Position numbers and translations under genes: made by a program. Below the pieces are notes generated by a model. That model did not search any database, was not told where the DNA came from, and saw nothing but the letters and a program-made list of their open reading frames with translations. From the NCBI GenBank assembly GCA_950072105.1, contig CATMOE010000002.1, positions 79,778 through 143,777 on the forward strand: 64,000 nucleotides of DNA, written 5' to 3'. The DNA comes from an uncultured Dehalococcoidia bacterium (GTDB lineage Bacteria; Chloroflexota; Dehalococcoidia; Lucifugimonadales; UBA3495). Positions within the stretch are counted from its first letter, which is position 1. Each line of letters opens with the position of its first letter. Positions 55,622 through 64,000 of the stretch are shown piece by piece.

Positions 55622-56524
55622 ATGGCGTCTCATTCGCTGGGCTTGACCCTTTACGATGCGGCAAGACAGATGGGAGTATCTTTTTCCCAGGAAAATGAGC
55701 CGGTTGATAAATCGGTTCAGATCGATGGGATGAACTTCCACTACCTGGAATGGGGCGACCCGTCCAACCCTTCCATCCTGATGCTCCACGGCAATAGCCA
55801 GCAGTCACATAGCTGGGACTTCGTGAGCCTGGCCCTTTCCGAACAATTTCATCTTATTGTCTTGGACCAACGGGGCCACGGCGATAGCGACTGGGCGGGG
55901 GACGGCGATTACTCCATAGAAGCCCAACAGAAGGATATCGACGGTTTTGTGCAGGCAGTTGGGTTGGACGGTTTCACGTTGATGGGACACTCCATGGGCG
56001 GCCGGAACTCCTACGTTTGGGCCTCACGCCATCCCGGCGCTTTGAAGGCGCTGATCATCGTCGATACCGGACCGCAAACCCAGCGCACCGGCTCTAACCG
56101 GATCCAGCAATTCAAAGAGTTGCCCGACGAGCTGGACTCGTTCGATGATTTTGTGCAACGGGTGCAAGAATACACCGGCCGCACCCAGGAACAAGTTTTG
56201 GGCGCGCTGAAATACAGTATCCGCCAGCGCTCCGACGGTAAATGGACCTGGAAGTACGACAAAATCATGCGAACCCCCGGGGCCCGGCCGCCAGGATGGA
56301 CTTCGGAGCAGTTGTGGGACTGTGTGGGAAAGATCGATTGCCCCACGCTGGTACTGCGGGGAGACCGGAGCGATATTTTCGCCGATGAAACTATGCAGCG
56401 GATGGAGCAGGTGATACCCGACTGCACCACCGTCACGATCTCCAACGCCGGACACCTGGTTCAGGGGGATAATCCCGCCGAGTTTTTGGTTGAGGTGGGG
56501 AAGTTTCTGGGGCGGGTGCACTGA
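55622..56524 (+). CDS. Alpha/beta-fold hydrolase
   Basis: LHG, LDQRGHGDS, GHSMGG, AGHLV; RBS GGAGG. Confidence 0.93.
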   Translation: MASHSLGLTLYDAARQMGVSFSQENEPVDKSVQIDGMNFHYLEWGDPSNPSILMLHGNSQQSHSWDFVSLALSEQFHLIVLDQRGHGDSDWAGDGDYSIEAQQKDIDGFVQAVGLDGFTLMGHSMGGRNSYVWASRHPGALKALIIVDTGPQTQRTGSNRIQQFKELPDELDSFDDFVQRVQEYTGRTQEQVLGALKYSIRQRSDGKWTWKYDKIMRTPGARPPGWTSEQLWDCVGKIDCPTLVLRGDRSDIFADETMQRMEQVIPDCTTVTISNAGHLVQGDNPAEFLVEVGKFLGRVH

Positions 56525-56622
56525 CACGCTTCTGGCTACGCCATTGGGCGGTGACGCTTAGAGGGGGACGTGGAAAGGCTCCTCGCTCGGTGAGAAGAGT
56601 ATTTACCTGAGGGGTGTCACCC

Positions 56623-56663
56623 CCATCCTAACCTTCCCCCATCGAGGGGGAAGGTTAGGATGG
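56623..56663. terminator. Long perfect hairpin (REP-like) between convergent genes
   Basis: CCATCCTAACCTTCCCCC / GGGGGAAGGTTAGGATGG 18-bp stem. Confidence 0.7.
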
Positions 56664-56690
56664 CCCGGCACTTTACAGGCTTAGTGATAT

Positions 56691-57926
56691 CTAAGAAATC
56701 AACCGGGGGATGCCGTCTCCCAAGGCGAAGCCGATGGCTGCCGAGACAGCGCCGATACCCAAAATCTCCAAGCCCTGTAAGATGGGCGACTTCTGCACCA
56801 GGCGGCCTTTGAGGCTTCCTAATACGAAGAGGGCCACCAGCGCACCCGCGACCGAGACCGATATCGCCGCCGTGCCGGTTAGCAAGATGTGAGGGATGAT
56901 AGGCACCGAGGCGGCCAACAGAAACGAGAGACCCATGGCGGCCGCGTCCTTCATAGGGTTGGACGTTTCGTCCGGGCTTATGCCCAGTTCTTTCTCCACC
57001 AAAGTCCTCAGCCATAGTTCCTTGTCTTCGGCGATCTCGTCGGCCATCCGGCGGGCTTCTTCGAAGGACCTTCCCTCCCGCTGATATATAACTACCAATT
57101 CGGCCAGTTCCTCGGCGGGCTTTTCCTCTATCTCTTGGGCCTCGCGGGCTATCTCCGCTCTTTGAACGTCCTGCTCGGCCCGGGATCCTAGATACGCTCC
57201 GGTGGCCATCGAGATCGTTCCGGCGGCGGCGGCAAGCCCGGCAACCAGGACTGCGGTTTGACTGTCCAGAGCCACGGCCACCGAGGTTACCAAGGCCACG
57301 GTGCTGAGAATTCCGTCTTGGGCGCCGAAGACAACCTCTCGGATCCGGCCCAACGAGGCGACCCGCCATCTCTCCCGGTCCAGCTCGATGGTGGCGTTGA
57401 CGAAGGTATCCAGGTCATTCGCGGCTACTGGAGCGAACTCGGCCCGTTCCCGGCCTAGGGTGTCTTCTACGGCTTCTGCCGTTGTTTCTGTCGCCGGCGA
57501 CGGTGGGGCAACGGCGACGGTTCGTCTGGCTTCCAACTGGTCCAGGGCCTGGGTAAATACCTCCAGGTGATGCCGCTCCCGCTCCATGGCCAAGGAGAAG
57601 GAATCCGCGGCGTCCTTGCGGCCTTCGTCCTGAGCGTCCCGGATCATCCGGGGATACATGGTGCTGAACTCTTTGGACTCGCCTTCAGTGACCGTGCGCA
57701 GGTTCTCCAGAGTGCTCTTGATGTCTCCGGAAACCCGGAGGTGGTTGAGGCCGTGAATGGTCTCGGCTCCGGCGACTTCCTGGAAGACTTGGGCGATCTC
57801 AGGAAGCCCTTCTTCCAGCGCGCGGTGGGCATAAGCGTTGTACTTCAGGTAGGCCAAGGCCTCATCGACGATGGCGCTTCACAGATTCTTTTCCGTCTTG
57901 GTCATGTTGGGGGTTTCTGAGGCCAT
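56691..57926 (-). CDS. Rubrerythrin/ferritin-like + VIT1/CCC1 fusion (MbfA-like metal exporter) with an in-frame TGA at codon 16
   Basis: RBS AAGGA, MASETPNMTKTEKNL-TGA-SAIVDEALAYLKY..ETIH..E..MYP..ERHH; VIT1 motifs REVVFGAQDG, SMATGAYLG, EKELG. Confidence 0.8.
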
Positions 57927-57985
57927 GCTAAGGTTCCTTTCGCTAATGGGTTGCGGGGATGGTTATTTGGTGGAATCGCGGGGGG

Positions 57986-58381
57986 TTACATGCCTGAAGA
58001 GGCGTGGTGGGCGGAAAGTTTCCAACCCTGAGGGGTCCGGACGAAGATGTTGGTAGCCAGCACGCCGAAGTTGCTGGCCCGGCCCTGCAAGACGCTGGAG
58101 ATGTGCTCCACGCAGGTCACCCAGGCCGCGTCGCCGTGCACCGCCACATTCACGTAGCGAATGTTGAAGTGCATCAGCATGGTGTTGTCGAAGATGCCCG
58201 CCCAACTGGCTCGTATGTTATCCCAGCCGATCAATGGCTCCCAGCCGGGATGCACGCATAGGGAATCGCCGGACGTATCACAGATCTCTTCCATCTGCCC
58301 GATGTCCAGAGCGCCGAAGGCGTCGTAGAACCGTTGGTTGGCTGCTTTGACCGCTTCAACTTCCGCCGATTGGGATTCCAT
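57986..58381 (-). CDS. SnoaL/NTF2-like protein
   Basis: ANQRFYDAF, CVHPGW..GW..IRASW, ATNIFVR..GWKL..HHAS. Confidence 0.88.
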   Translation of the reverse strand: MESQSAEVEAVKAANQRFYDAFGALDIGQMEEICDTSGDSLCVHPGWEPLIGWDNIRASWAGIFDNTMLMHFNIRYVNVAVHGDAAWVTCVEHISSVLQGRASNFGVLATNIFVRTPQGWKLSAHHASSGM

Positions 58382-58416
58382 CGCACTCCGTTCGCATGTG
58401 GTATCGGAAAATTTAG

Positions 58417-58452
58417 AATCCCCTTCCCCCCGGAGTGGGGGCTGGGGGATTC
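58417..58452. repeat. REP-like palindrome related to family B
   Basis: AATCCCC...GGGGGCTGGGGGATT. Confidence 0.55.
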
Positions 58453-58506
58453 TCTCAGTCCTTTAGCTAGACCCGCCTCCCACCATATCGCTGGTGAGAT
58501 GGGAGG

Positions 58507-59127
58507 TTAGTGCAATGGCGAGAACGACGCCGGCGCCAGAATCTTGTTCTGTTGGTTGACCAAGAACTCCCGGGTAGGCGGCGGCCAATGGGGCGACTTG
58601 CCAGCCTCGGCGCGGATTTTGTCGCGGTCTCCCAGGGACTTGTAAGGCCAAACGTGCATCCACTTGTTGAGGCCGCCCAGTTCGCTGGTCATGCCCAAGG
58701 CCAGGGGAGAGTGCTCTTCCCGATGGGGGATCGCGGCGGCCCAAAGCTCCAGCACTTTGCCCATGGTGCCGGTCTGGTAGGTATAGGTCCGCATCTCATA
58801 GATGCTGCCCAAGGCTTGGTCTTCGCCCAAGGGACGCATGAATGGAGCGGGATGCCAGATCTCCGACTCCTGGGACACGTACATGTCCGAGGGGTTGGAC
58901 GGGGGCCATTCGGGGTCCTTGGCGGCGTCGGCGCGAACGTCGTTACGCTCTTCCACGCTCTCATAAGGCCATACGTGAATCACTTGGTTCAGCGGACCGA
59001 TCTCGGTGTGCCAGAAGGCGCCCAGCTTGGAATACTTCTGCCTGGCGGGTAAGGCCTTGCCGAAATTTTCCTCGAATTTTGCAACCGATCCGGGTTTCAA
59101 AGTGTAGGTCCTGACTTCGTAAATCAT
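58507..59127 (-). CDS. Tandem NIPSNAP-domain protein
   Basis: Two YExRTY...E(I/L)GxLN..HVWPY..R units; SPLH terminus. Confidence 0.93.
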   Translation of the reverse strand: MIYEVRTYTLKPGSVAKFEENFGKALPARQKYSKLGAFWHTEIGPLNQVIHVWPYESVEERNDVRADAAKDPEWPPSNPSDMYVSQESEIWHPAPFMRPLGEDQALGSIYEMRTYTYQTGTMGKVLELWAAAIPHREEHSPLALGMTSELGGLNKWMHVWPYKSLGDRDKIRAEAGKSPHWPPPTREFLVNQQNKILAPASFSPLH

Positions 59128-59355
59128 GGCGACTCCTCTTGCGGTTATCTAGTTCCTTCCCCTGGCAAAATGTTGCCGGTCCGCCGAAGGGTCGGATTTA
59201 CCGGCCTAGTGTAGCAAAAACGCTATTGGCGGGCAAACGGGGTTGAATACGTGCCGCATCCCCCGGTATATGGCCGTGCTAAGCGAGACTCTTGATGCAC
59301 CGAATCGTATACTGGTAAAGAGCTTCCGATTACCCTACCGGAGAAGGCCCGAATC

Positions 59356-60126
59356 ATGACACAAGGCGGGGTTCCAACAACCAAAGCCGGGACCGGACGG
59401 ACCATAGGCAAAGCCGCGCTGGAACGGCTGTTGGTTGAAAGCGCTCCCGAGACGGGAGAACCGGCGTCGACGCTGTATCTGAGGCCCGGCGAGGGTCAGG
59501 AGTTCTTGGAATCCCTAGGCGCAACCGGGCAAGACTGGCGGGAGCGATTAACCAAGCTGAACGATTCGATCTTGGATTCCGGAACCGGGCTGGCCGTCCT
59601 GCGCTCCGGGGACCAGTGCCTGGTGGTAGCCCCGCCATTCCCTCTGCCGGAGAGCCTCTTTTTTTCTAGCTGGGACTTCTCCACATTGTTGCTGCTTTTG
59701 AAGTCTGAATTTACCCTGGGCGTGGTGTTGTTGCGCTTGGGACGTTCATCGGTGGCGGTGTATCGGGGGGAAAAGCTAATATCCTCCAAAACCGATGCCC
59801 GGTACGTGAAAGGAAGGCACCACGCCGGGGGCACCTCCCAGCTAAGGTTCCAGCGCATCCGCGAAGGCCAGATGAAGCTGATGTACGAGAAGACTTGCGA
59901 AGCGGTCCATAGTCAGTTCACTTCGATCGCCGGCGACTTGGACTACATGTTCCTGGGCGGCGAGAGATTTACCCTCAACGGTTTCCTGAAGATCTGTACT
60001 TATATGGAGAGATTCCGTTCCATCACGTTGGGCCGGCGCCTGAACATCAGGGACCCAAAACGTGATACGCTGGACCAAGTTGGGAGGCTCTTGCACGAAA
60101 GCCGAATCTACCAGTTTCAGTGGTAA
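59356..60126 (+). CDS. acVLRF1 (Vms1/ANKZF1-like) release-factor-fold protein
   Basis: GVVLLRLG..VAVY.G..LISSK...YVKGRHHAGGTSQLRFQRIREGQ, LGG. Confidence 0.85.
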   Translation: MTQGGVPTTKAGTGRTIGKAALERLLVESAPETGEPASTLYLRPGEGQEFLESLGATGQDWRERLTKLNDSILDSGTGLAVLRSGDQCLVVAPPFPLPESLFFSSWDFSTLLLLLKSEFTLGVVLLRLGRSSVAVYRGEKLISSKTDARYVKGRHHAGGTSQLRFQRIREGQMKLMYEKTCEAVHSQFTSIAGDLDYMFLGGERFTLNGFLKICTYMERFRSITLGRRLNIRDPKRDTLDQVGRLLHESRIYQFQW

Positions 60127-60181
60127 AAGCCACTTAAAATCACCTTAAATCGTCAGAACTATAGGATATATTCACGGAAGT

Positions 60182-62578
60182 ATGGTATTAGACGACCTGA
60201 CACAGGACTCGGCTGATCAGTCCCACGTGCTGGGTGGATTCTCCCAGTCTGTAGAGCTTCTGGAGTTCAACCAGATTCGCCAACAAGTGGCTTCCTACGC
60301 TCGCACGCTTATGGGTCAGGACGCCGCCCGCAACCTGGCGCCGGACCGAGACCTCTTGGAGATTGCTACCCGCCAGCAAGAGACCACCGAATCGCGTCAA
60401 TTTCTTGAGCAGGGGGGCTCCCTGGAATTCGGACCCCAGGAAGACTTTCAAGAGTACGTCCAACGGGCGTTGTTGGGCGGATTACTGCGGGGTGGCGAGC
60501 TTTACCCCATCCATGATTTGGTGAGGGCAGCGGGGTACGACCGGGCGAACCTCTCCCGCCACGAAGAGCTCCCCCTGCTATCTTCCTATGCGGAGAATAT
60601 TCCCGACCACTCTTCCCTGCAACGGGCCATCGGCGCGGCGATCAGTCCGGCCGGGGAGGTCTTGGACGATGCGAGCCCCACGCTCAGGGATCTACGCCAC
60701 GAATCCCGGCGCATCCAACAAAACTTGAACGAGGTGATGGAACGCAGTTTGCGCCGTTTCCAGCGTCAGGAGTTGGTGCAAGAGCCCATCATCACCCAGC
60801 GCAACGGCCGGTTAGTGCTGTTGATCAAGGCGGAGATGCGGCCCCGGGTGGCCGGCATCGTCCACGACGTTTCCGACAGCGGAGCCACGGTCTTCATCGA
60901 ACCGATGGCCGCCGTGGAACAGGGCAATCGGTGGCGGGAGGCCAGGCTGGCCGAGGACCGGGAAGTGGAACGGGTCCTGCGGCAACTCTCCGGCATGGTC
61001 GGCCAAGCCGGAGAGGACCTTTTGTTGACACTGGATCTGCTGGGCAGGTTGGACCTGAGCATGGCCAAGGGGCGCTACTCCATATCGTTGAAGGCAACTC
61101 AGCCTTGGGTCACCGGCCAAGAGGGCCAAGATCGCAACCTGCGGCTAACGGGAGCGCGGCATCCCCTGCTTACGGGCGACGTAGTTCCGGTGAGTCTGGA
61201 CCTGGGCGCCGAGTTTACCGTTATGTTGATCACCGGTCCCAACGCCGGAGGCAAGACGGTTACCCTAAAAACGGTGGGGTTGTTGGCCTTGATGGCTCAC
61301 GCCGGACTTCACGTTCCCGCCGAAGAGGCTCACTTTCCTTTGCTGGATGGAGTCTACGCCGATATCGGCGATCAACAGAGCATCGAACAGGCCCTATCGA
61401 CATTCAGCTCCCATGTCCAGAACCTGTTGTCCATCATGGGCCAGGCCACGGGCAACTCCCTGGTGTTGGTGGACGAGTTGGGCACCAGCACTGACCCTGA
61501 GGAAGGTTCAGCCCTAGCCACCGCCATATTGAGTCACTTTCAGAGCCTGGGGCCATGGGTGGTCGCCACCACCCATCACCGAGGAGTGGCGAGGTACGTC
61601 CAAGAAACCCCGGGCATGATCAACGCCAGCGTTGACCTGGACCCGCAGACCCTGGGACCCACCTACCGACTGACCCTTGGCCTGCCGGGCCGCAGTTACG
61701 CCTTGACCATCGCTGCCCGGTTAGGGTTGCCGCCGGAAGTTATTGAACAGGCGCGGACGTCCATGTCTCCGGTGGAGCGAGACACCGAGAGCCTGCTGGG
61801 GGAACTGCAGGAAGAACGTCGAGTAGTGGAGCAACTGCGCCAAGATGCGGAAGCCGCCATGGCCCAGTCACGCCAAAACCTGGCCGAGACGGAATCAAGC
61901 TTAGCGGCTGTTGAAGCTACCAAGGCAGAGATGCTAGAGGAGTCACGGCAGGAATTGCAAGAGCGGATCGCGGACCTGTTGCAGCGGCTTCAACGAGCTG
62001 AACGGGCCTTGGACCAACCCGAAGCACGCTCGGCGCTACAAGAGCAACGGTCCCAGTTACAAGAAGCGGCACGGGAGGTCCGGTCTGTTCACTGGCAACC
62101 GATCGAGGTAAAACGGACTCCCTGGCAGGAGAAGCTTGGCAGCGGTGACAGGGTATTTATACGGGGAATTCCACGCCCGGTGGAGGTGATCTCCTCGCCT
62201 GACGACGAGGGGCAGGTAGAGGTTTTGTTGGGGACCATGCGGGCCAAGATTCCGTCATATCAGTTGGAGCGTCCGGCAGCAGGCCACGAACCCGCCGCGC
62301 GCCAGGGCGTTTACTTCAACCGCCCCTCAATACGCCAGCTCAATACCGAGGTTGACCTGCGCGGCCTGCGGGTGGATGAGGCCCTATCCAAGGTGGATGA
62401 CTTGCTGAACAATGCTGCTCTGGGGGGCGTGGAAGCGGTACGAATCATTCACGGCAAGGGGACCGGCGTGCTTCGCCGGTCCATTCGGGAATACCTGACC
62501 AGGCATTCCTTGGCCGGAAGCATAGCTCCGGGAGACGGAAGCGGCGGCGACGGAGTGACGGTGGTGGAATTGAAATAG
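60182..62578 (+). CDS. mutS2: MutS2 (ribosome collision sensor/splitting factor; endonuclease)
   Basis: HDVSDSGATVFIEP, ITGPNAGGKT, DIGDQQSI..LSTFSSH, DELGTSTDP.EG, coiled coil, KOW, SMR domain DLRG..IIHGKGTG. Confidence 0.97.
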   Translation: MVLDDLTQDSADQSHVLGGFSQSVELLEFNQIRQQVASYARTLMGQDAARNLAPDRDLLEIATRQQETTESRQFLEQGGSLEFGPQEDFQEYVQRALLGGLLRGGELYPIHDLVRAAGYDRANLSRHEELPLLSSYAENIPDHSSLQRAIGAAISPAGEVLDDASPTLRDLRHESRRIQQNLNEVMERSLRRFQRQELVQEPIITQRNGRLVLLIKAEMRPRVAGIVHDVSDSGATVFIEPMAAVEQGNRWREARLAEDREVERVLRQLSGMVGQAGEDLLLTLDLLGRLDLSMAKGRYSISLKATQPWVTGQEGQDRNLRLTGARHPLLTGDVVPVSLDLGAEFTVMLITGPNAGGKTVTLKTVGLLALMAHAGLHVPAEEAHFPLLDGVYADIGDQQSIEQALSTFSSHVQNLLSIMGQATGNSLVLVDELGTSTDPEEGSALATAILSHFQSLGPWVVATTHHRGVARYVQETPGMINASVDLDPQTLGPTYRLTLGLPGRSYALTIAARLGLPPEVIEQARTSMSPVERDTESLLGELQEERRVVEQLRQDAEAAMAQSRQNLAETESSLAAVEATKAEMLEESRQELQERIADLLQRLQRAERALDQPEARSALQEQRSQLQEAAREVRSVHWQPIEVKRTPWQEKLGSGDRVFIRGIPRPVEVISSPDDEGQVEVLLGTMRAKIPSYQLERPAAGHEPAARQGVYFNRPSIRQLNTEVDLRGLRVDEALSKVDDLLNNAALGGVEAVRIIHGKGTGVLRRSIREYLTRHSLAGSIAPGDGSGGDGVTVVELK

Positions 62579-62620
62579 GCCAGTCGCCAGCCCGGCGGCG
62601 CAGGCGATGGGACGAACGCC

Positions 62621-64000
62621 TTAGCCGCCGTCAGGAACGGTGGTATCCGCTTCCCACTGGAAGTTGCCCCGGTCGTCGAATTTCTGTACGCGACGGCCTT
62701 CTATGTCTCCTATGTAAATGAATCCTGAGTCGTCGATCACGATTGTGCTGGGCGCCTGGAATTCTCCTGTCGCGTCACCCTGTATGCCCCACTCTCTGGA
62801 GAATTCACCCCTGGATCCGAATCGTTGGACCCGCCGATTTCCTTTGTCTAGAACGTAGATCCAATTGCCGCCCGGTTCGATGGCGATGTCGCCCGGCGTT
62901 TCGAACTGTCCTTCTGCGCTGCCTTTCGACCCCCAGGACAACAGGAACCGGAGACGAGAGTCGAACTTTTGGATCCGGTGATTACCCTGGTCGACAACGT
63001 AGATCCAGTTGTTTACCTTATCCACGGCGATGGCGGTGGGCCGGTTGAACTGTTCGTTGGCGCTGCCCCGGCCCCCCTTTTCGCCGAAAGCCCTGCCCTT
63101 AAAATCGAACCATTGAATCCGATCGTTCCCGGTGTCCACGACGTATAGCCATCCCCTATTTTGGTCCAAGGCTAATTCCGCCGGCTCTTGGAACGAACCA
63201 ATGGCGGGGCCCTCCATGCCCCATTTACCCAGGTATCCACCTTTCGAAGTGAATCGTTGGATCCGGTGATTCGCCTTGTCGACAACGTAGATCCACTCGT
63301 TCACTGTGTCGAATAGAATCTGACCGGGCTCGTTGAACTGGCCGTTGCCAACACCCCAGCCGCCCCAGCTGTTAAGGAATTCACCTCGGACATTGAACCG
63401 TAGGATCCTTTGGTTCCCGGCATCGACTACGTACACCCAGCCGTCGTTCACGTTGATCGCTATGTTGCTGGGCTGGCGAAACTCGTCGTCTCCGCCGCCC
63501 CTGCTGCCCCAGGTATTGATGAGCCGGCCCTTGCTGTCGAACCGCCGCACTTGGTTGTCCACCGCGTTAACCGTGAACAGCCATCTGTTTTCGCTATCCA
63601 CGGCAATGTCACTGGGGTTGCCGAATCGCACGTTGCCACCCAGCGGTGTCGGCGACGGTGTGGGTCTTGGCGGGAAGGTCGGTGTAGGGATGGGCGTCGC
63701 GGTAGGAATTGGCGTGGCAATGGGGACGGGCGTGGGAGTTGGAGCTGGGGTTGACGTAGGCGCGGGAGGTGGCACGGCGGTCGCTGTCGGCGCTGCCGTG
63801 GGCATTGGCGCGGTTGTCGGAGGCGTCGTCGGCGCTGGCGCTACGGTTGGCGCCCGGGCTATCGTTGGAGTCGGCTCCGGAAAAGTAAGTGGCTTGGGTG
63901 TGGCGGTTGGATCTTCCACGACGATGGGTATGGGAGCAACCGTGGCTATTGGGGAGGGCTCCGGTGTTGCCGTCGCGACTGCCGCCGTGGTTTTGTCATC
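62621..64000 (-). CDS. NHL-repeat six-bladed beta-propeller protein with a Pro/Thr-rich stalk (5' end outside the window)
   Basis: Repeats FxxPxxIAxD..W(I/L)YVVDxGNxRIQxF; (PT)n linker; frame stays open to the window edge. Confidence 0.9.
   Translation of the reverse strand, partial: DDKTTAAVATATPEPSPIATVAPIPIVVEDPTATPKPLTFPEPTPTIARAPTVAPAPTTPPTTAPMPTAAPTATAVPPPAPTSTPAPTPTPVPIATPIPTATPIPTPTFPPRPTPSPTPLGGNVRFGNPSDIAVDSENRWLFTVNAVDNQVRRFDSKGRLINTWGSRGGGDDEFRQPSNIAINVNDGWVYVVDAGNQRILRFNVRGEFLNSWGGWGVGNGQFNEPGQILFDTVNEWIYVVDKANHRIQRFTSKGGYLGKWGMEGPAIGSFQEPAELALDQNRGWLYVVDTGNDRIQWFDFKGRAFGEKGGRGSANEQFNRPTAIAVDKVNNWIYVVDQGNHRIQKFDSRLRFLLSWGSKGSAEGQFETPGDIAIEPGGNWIYVLDKGNRRVQRFGSRGEFSREWGIQGDATGEFQAPSTIVIDDSGFIYIGDIEGRRVQKFDDRGNFQWEADTTVPDGG

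Overview
A 64 kb bacterial chromosome segment, GC-rich by eye. Gene content (acVLRF1, many lipoproteins with TolB-like or NHL propellers and Pro/Thr or VEK stalks, amidohydrolases, an orphan CoxL-like subunit, NIPSNAP, pentapeptide repeats) suggests Chloroflexota, probably Dehalococcoidia/SAR202; this is an inference. Housekeeping genes (obgE, nadD, pyrE, ygfZ, iscA, recF, purL, serS, lysS, greA, rplY, mutS2) alternate with catabolic and transport genes, and several families of intergenic palindromic (REP-like) elements occur. The most striking region is about 33.5-44.3 kb. There a DUF4178-DUF350 pair converges on a tightly coupled operon: carboxy(nor)spermidine decarboxylase, a Cys-His-Asp transglutaminase/NAT-fold enzyme, a K+ channel, a divergent second SecA, a lipoprotein with a Gln/Arg/Ser/Gly tail, and a winged-helix protein. 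Two of these proteins seem to share an unannotated N-terminal domain. The region looks like an undescribed variant of the Psp/yjf-type polyamine envelope modules. Other points: a CxxU selenoprotein missed by the ORF track, a putative selenate ABC transporter, a GreA missing its catalytic tip, an acVLRF1-mutS2 pair, an apparently inactive DUF3800, a decayed restriction-like nuclease, and a rubrerythrin-VIT1 fusion with an in-frame TGA. No tRNA, rRNA or CRISPR array was seen. All family calls come from motif recognition by eye, not from database searches.
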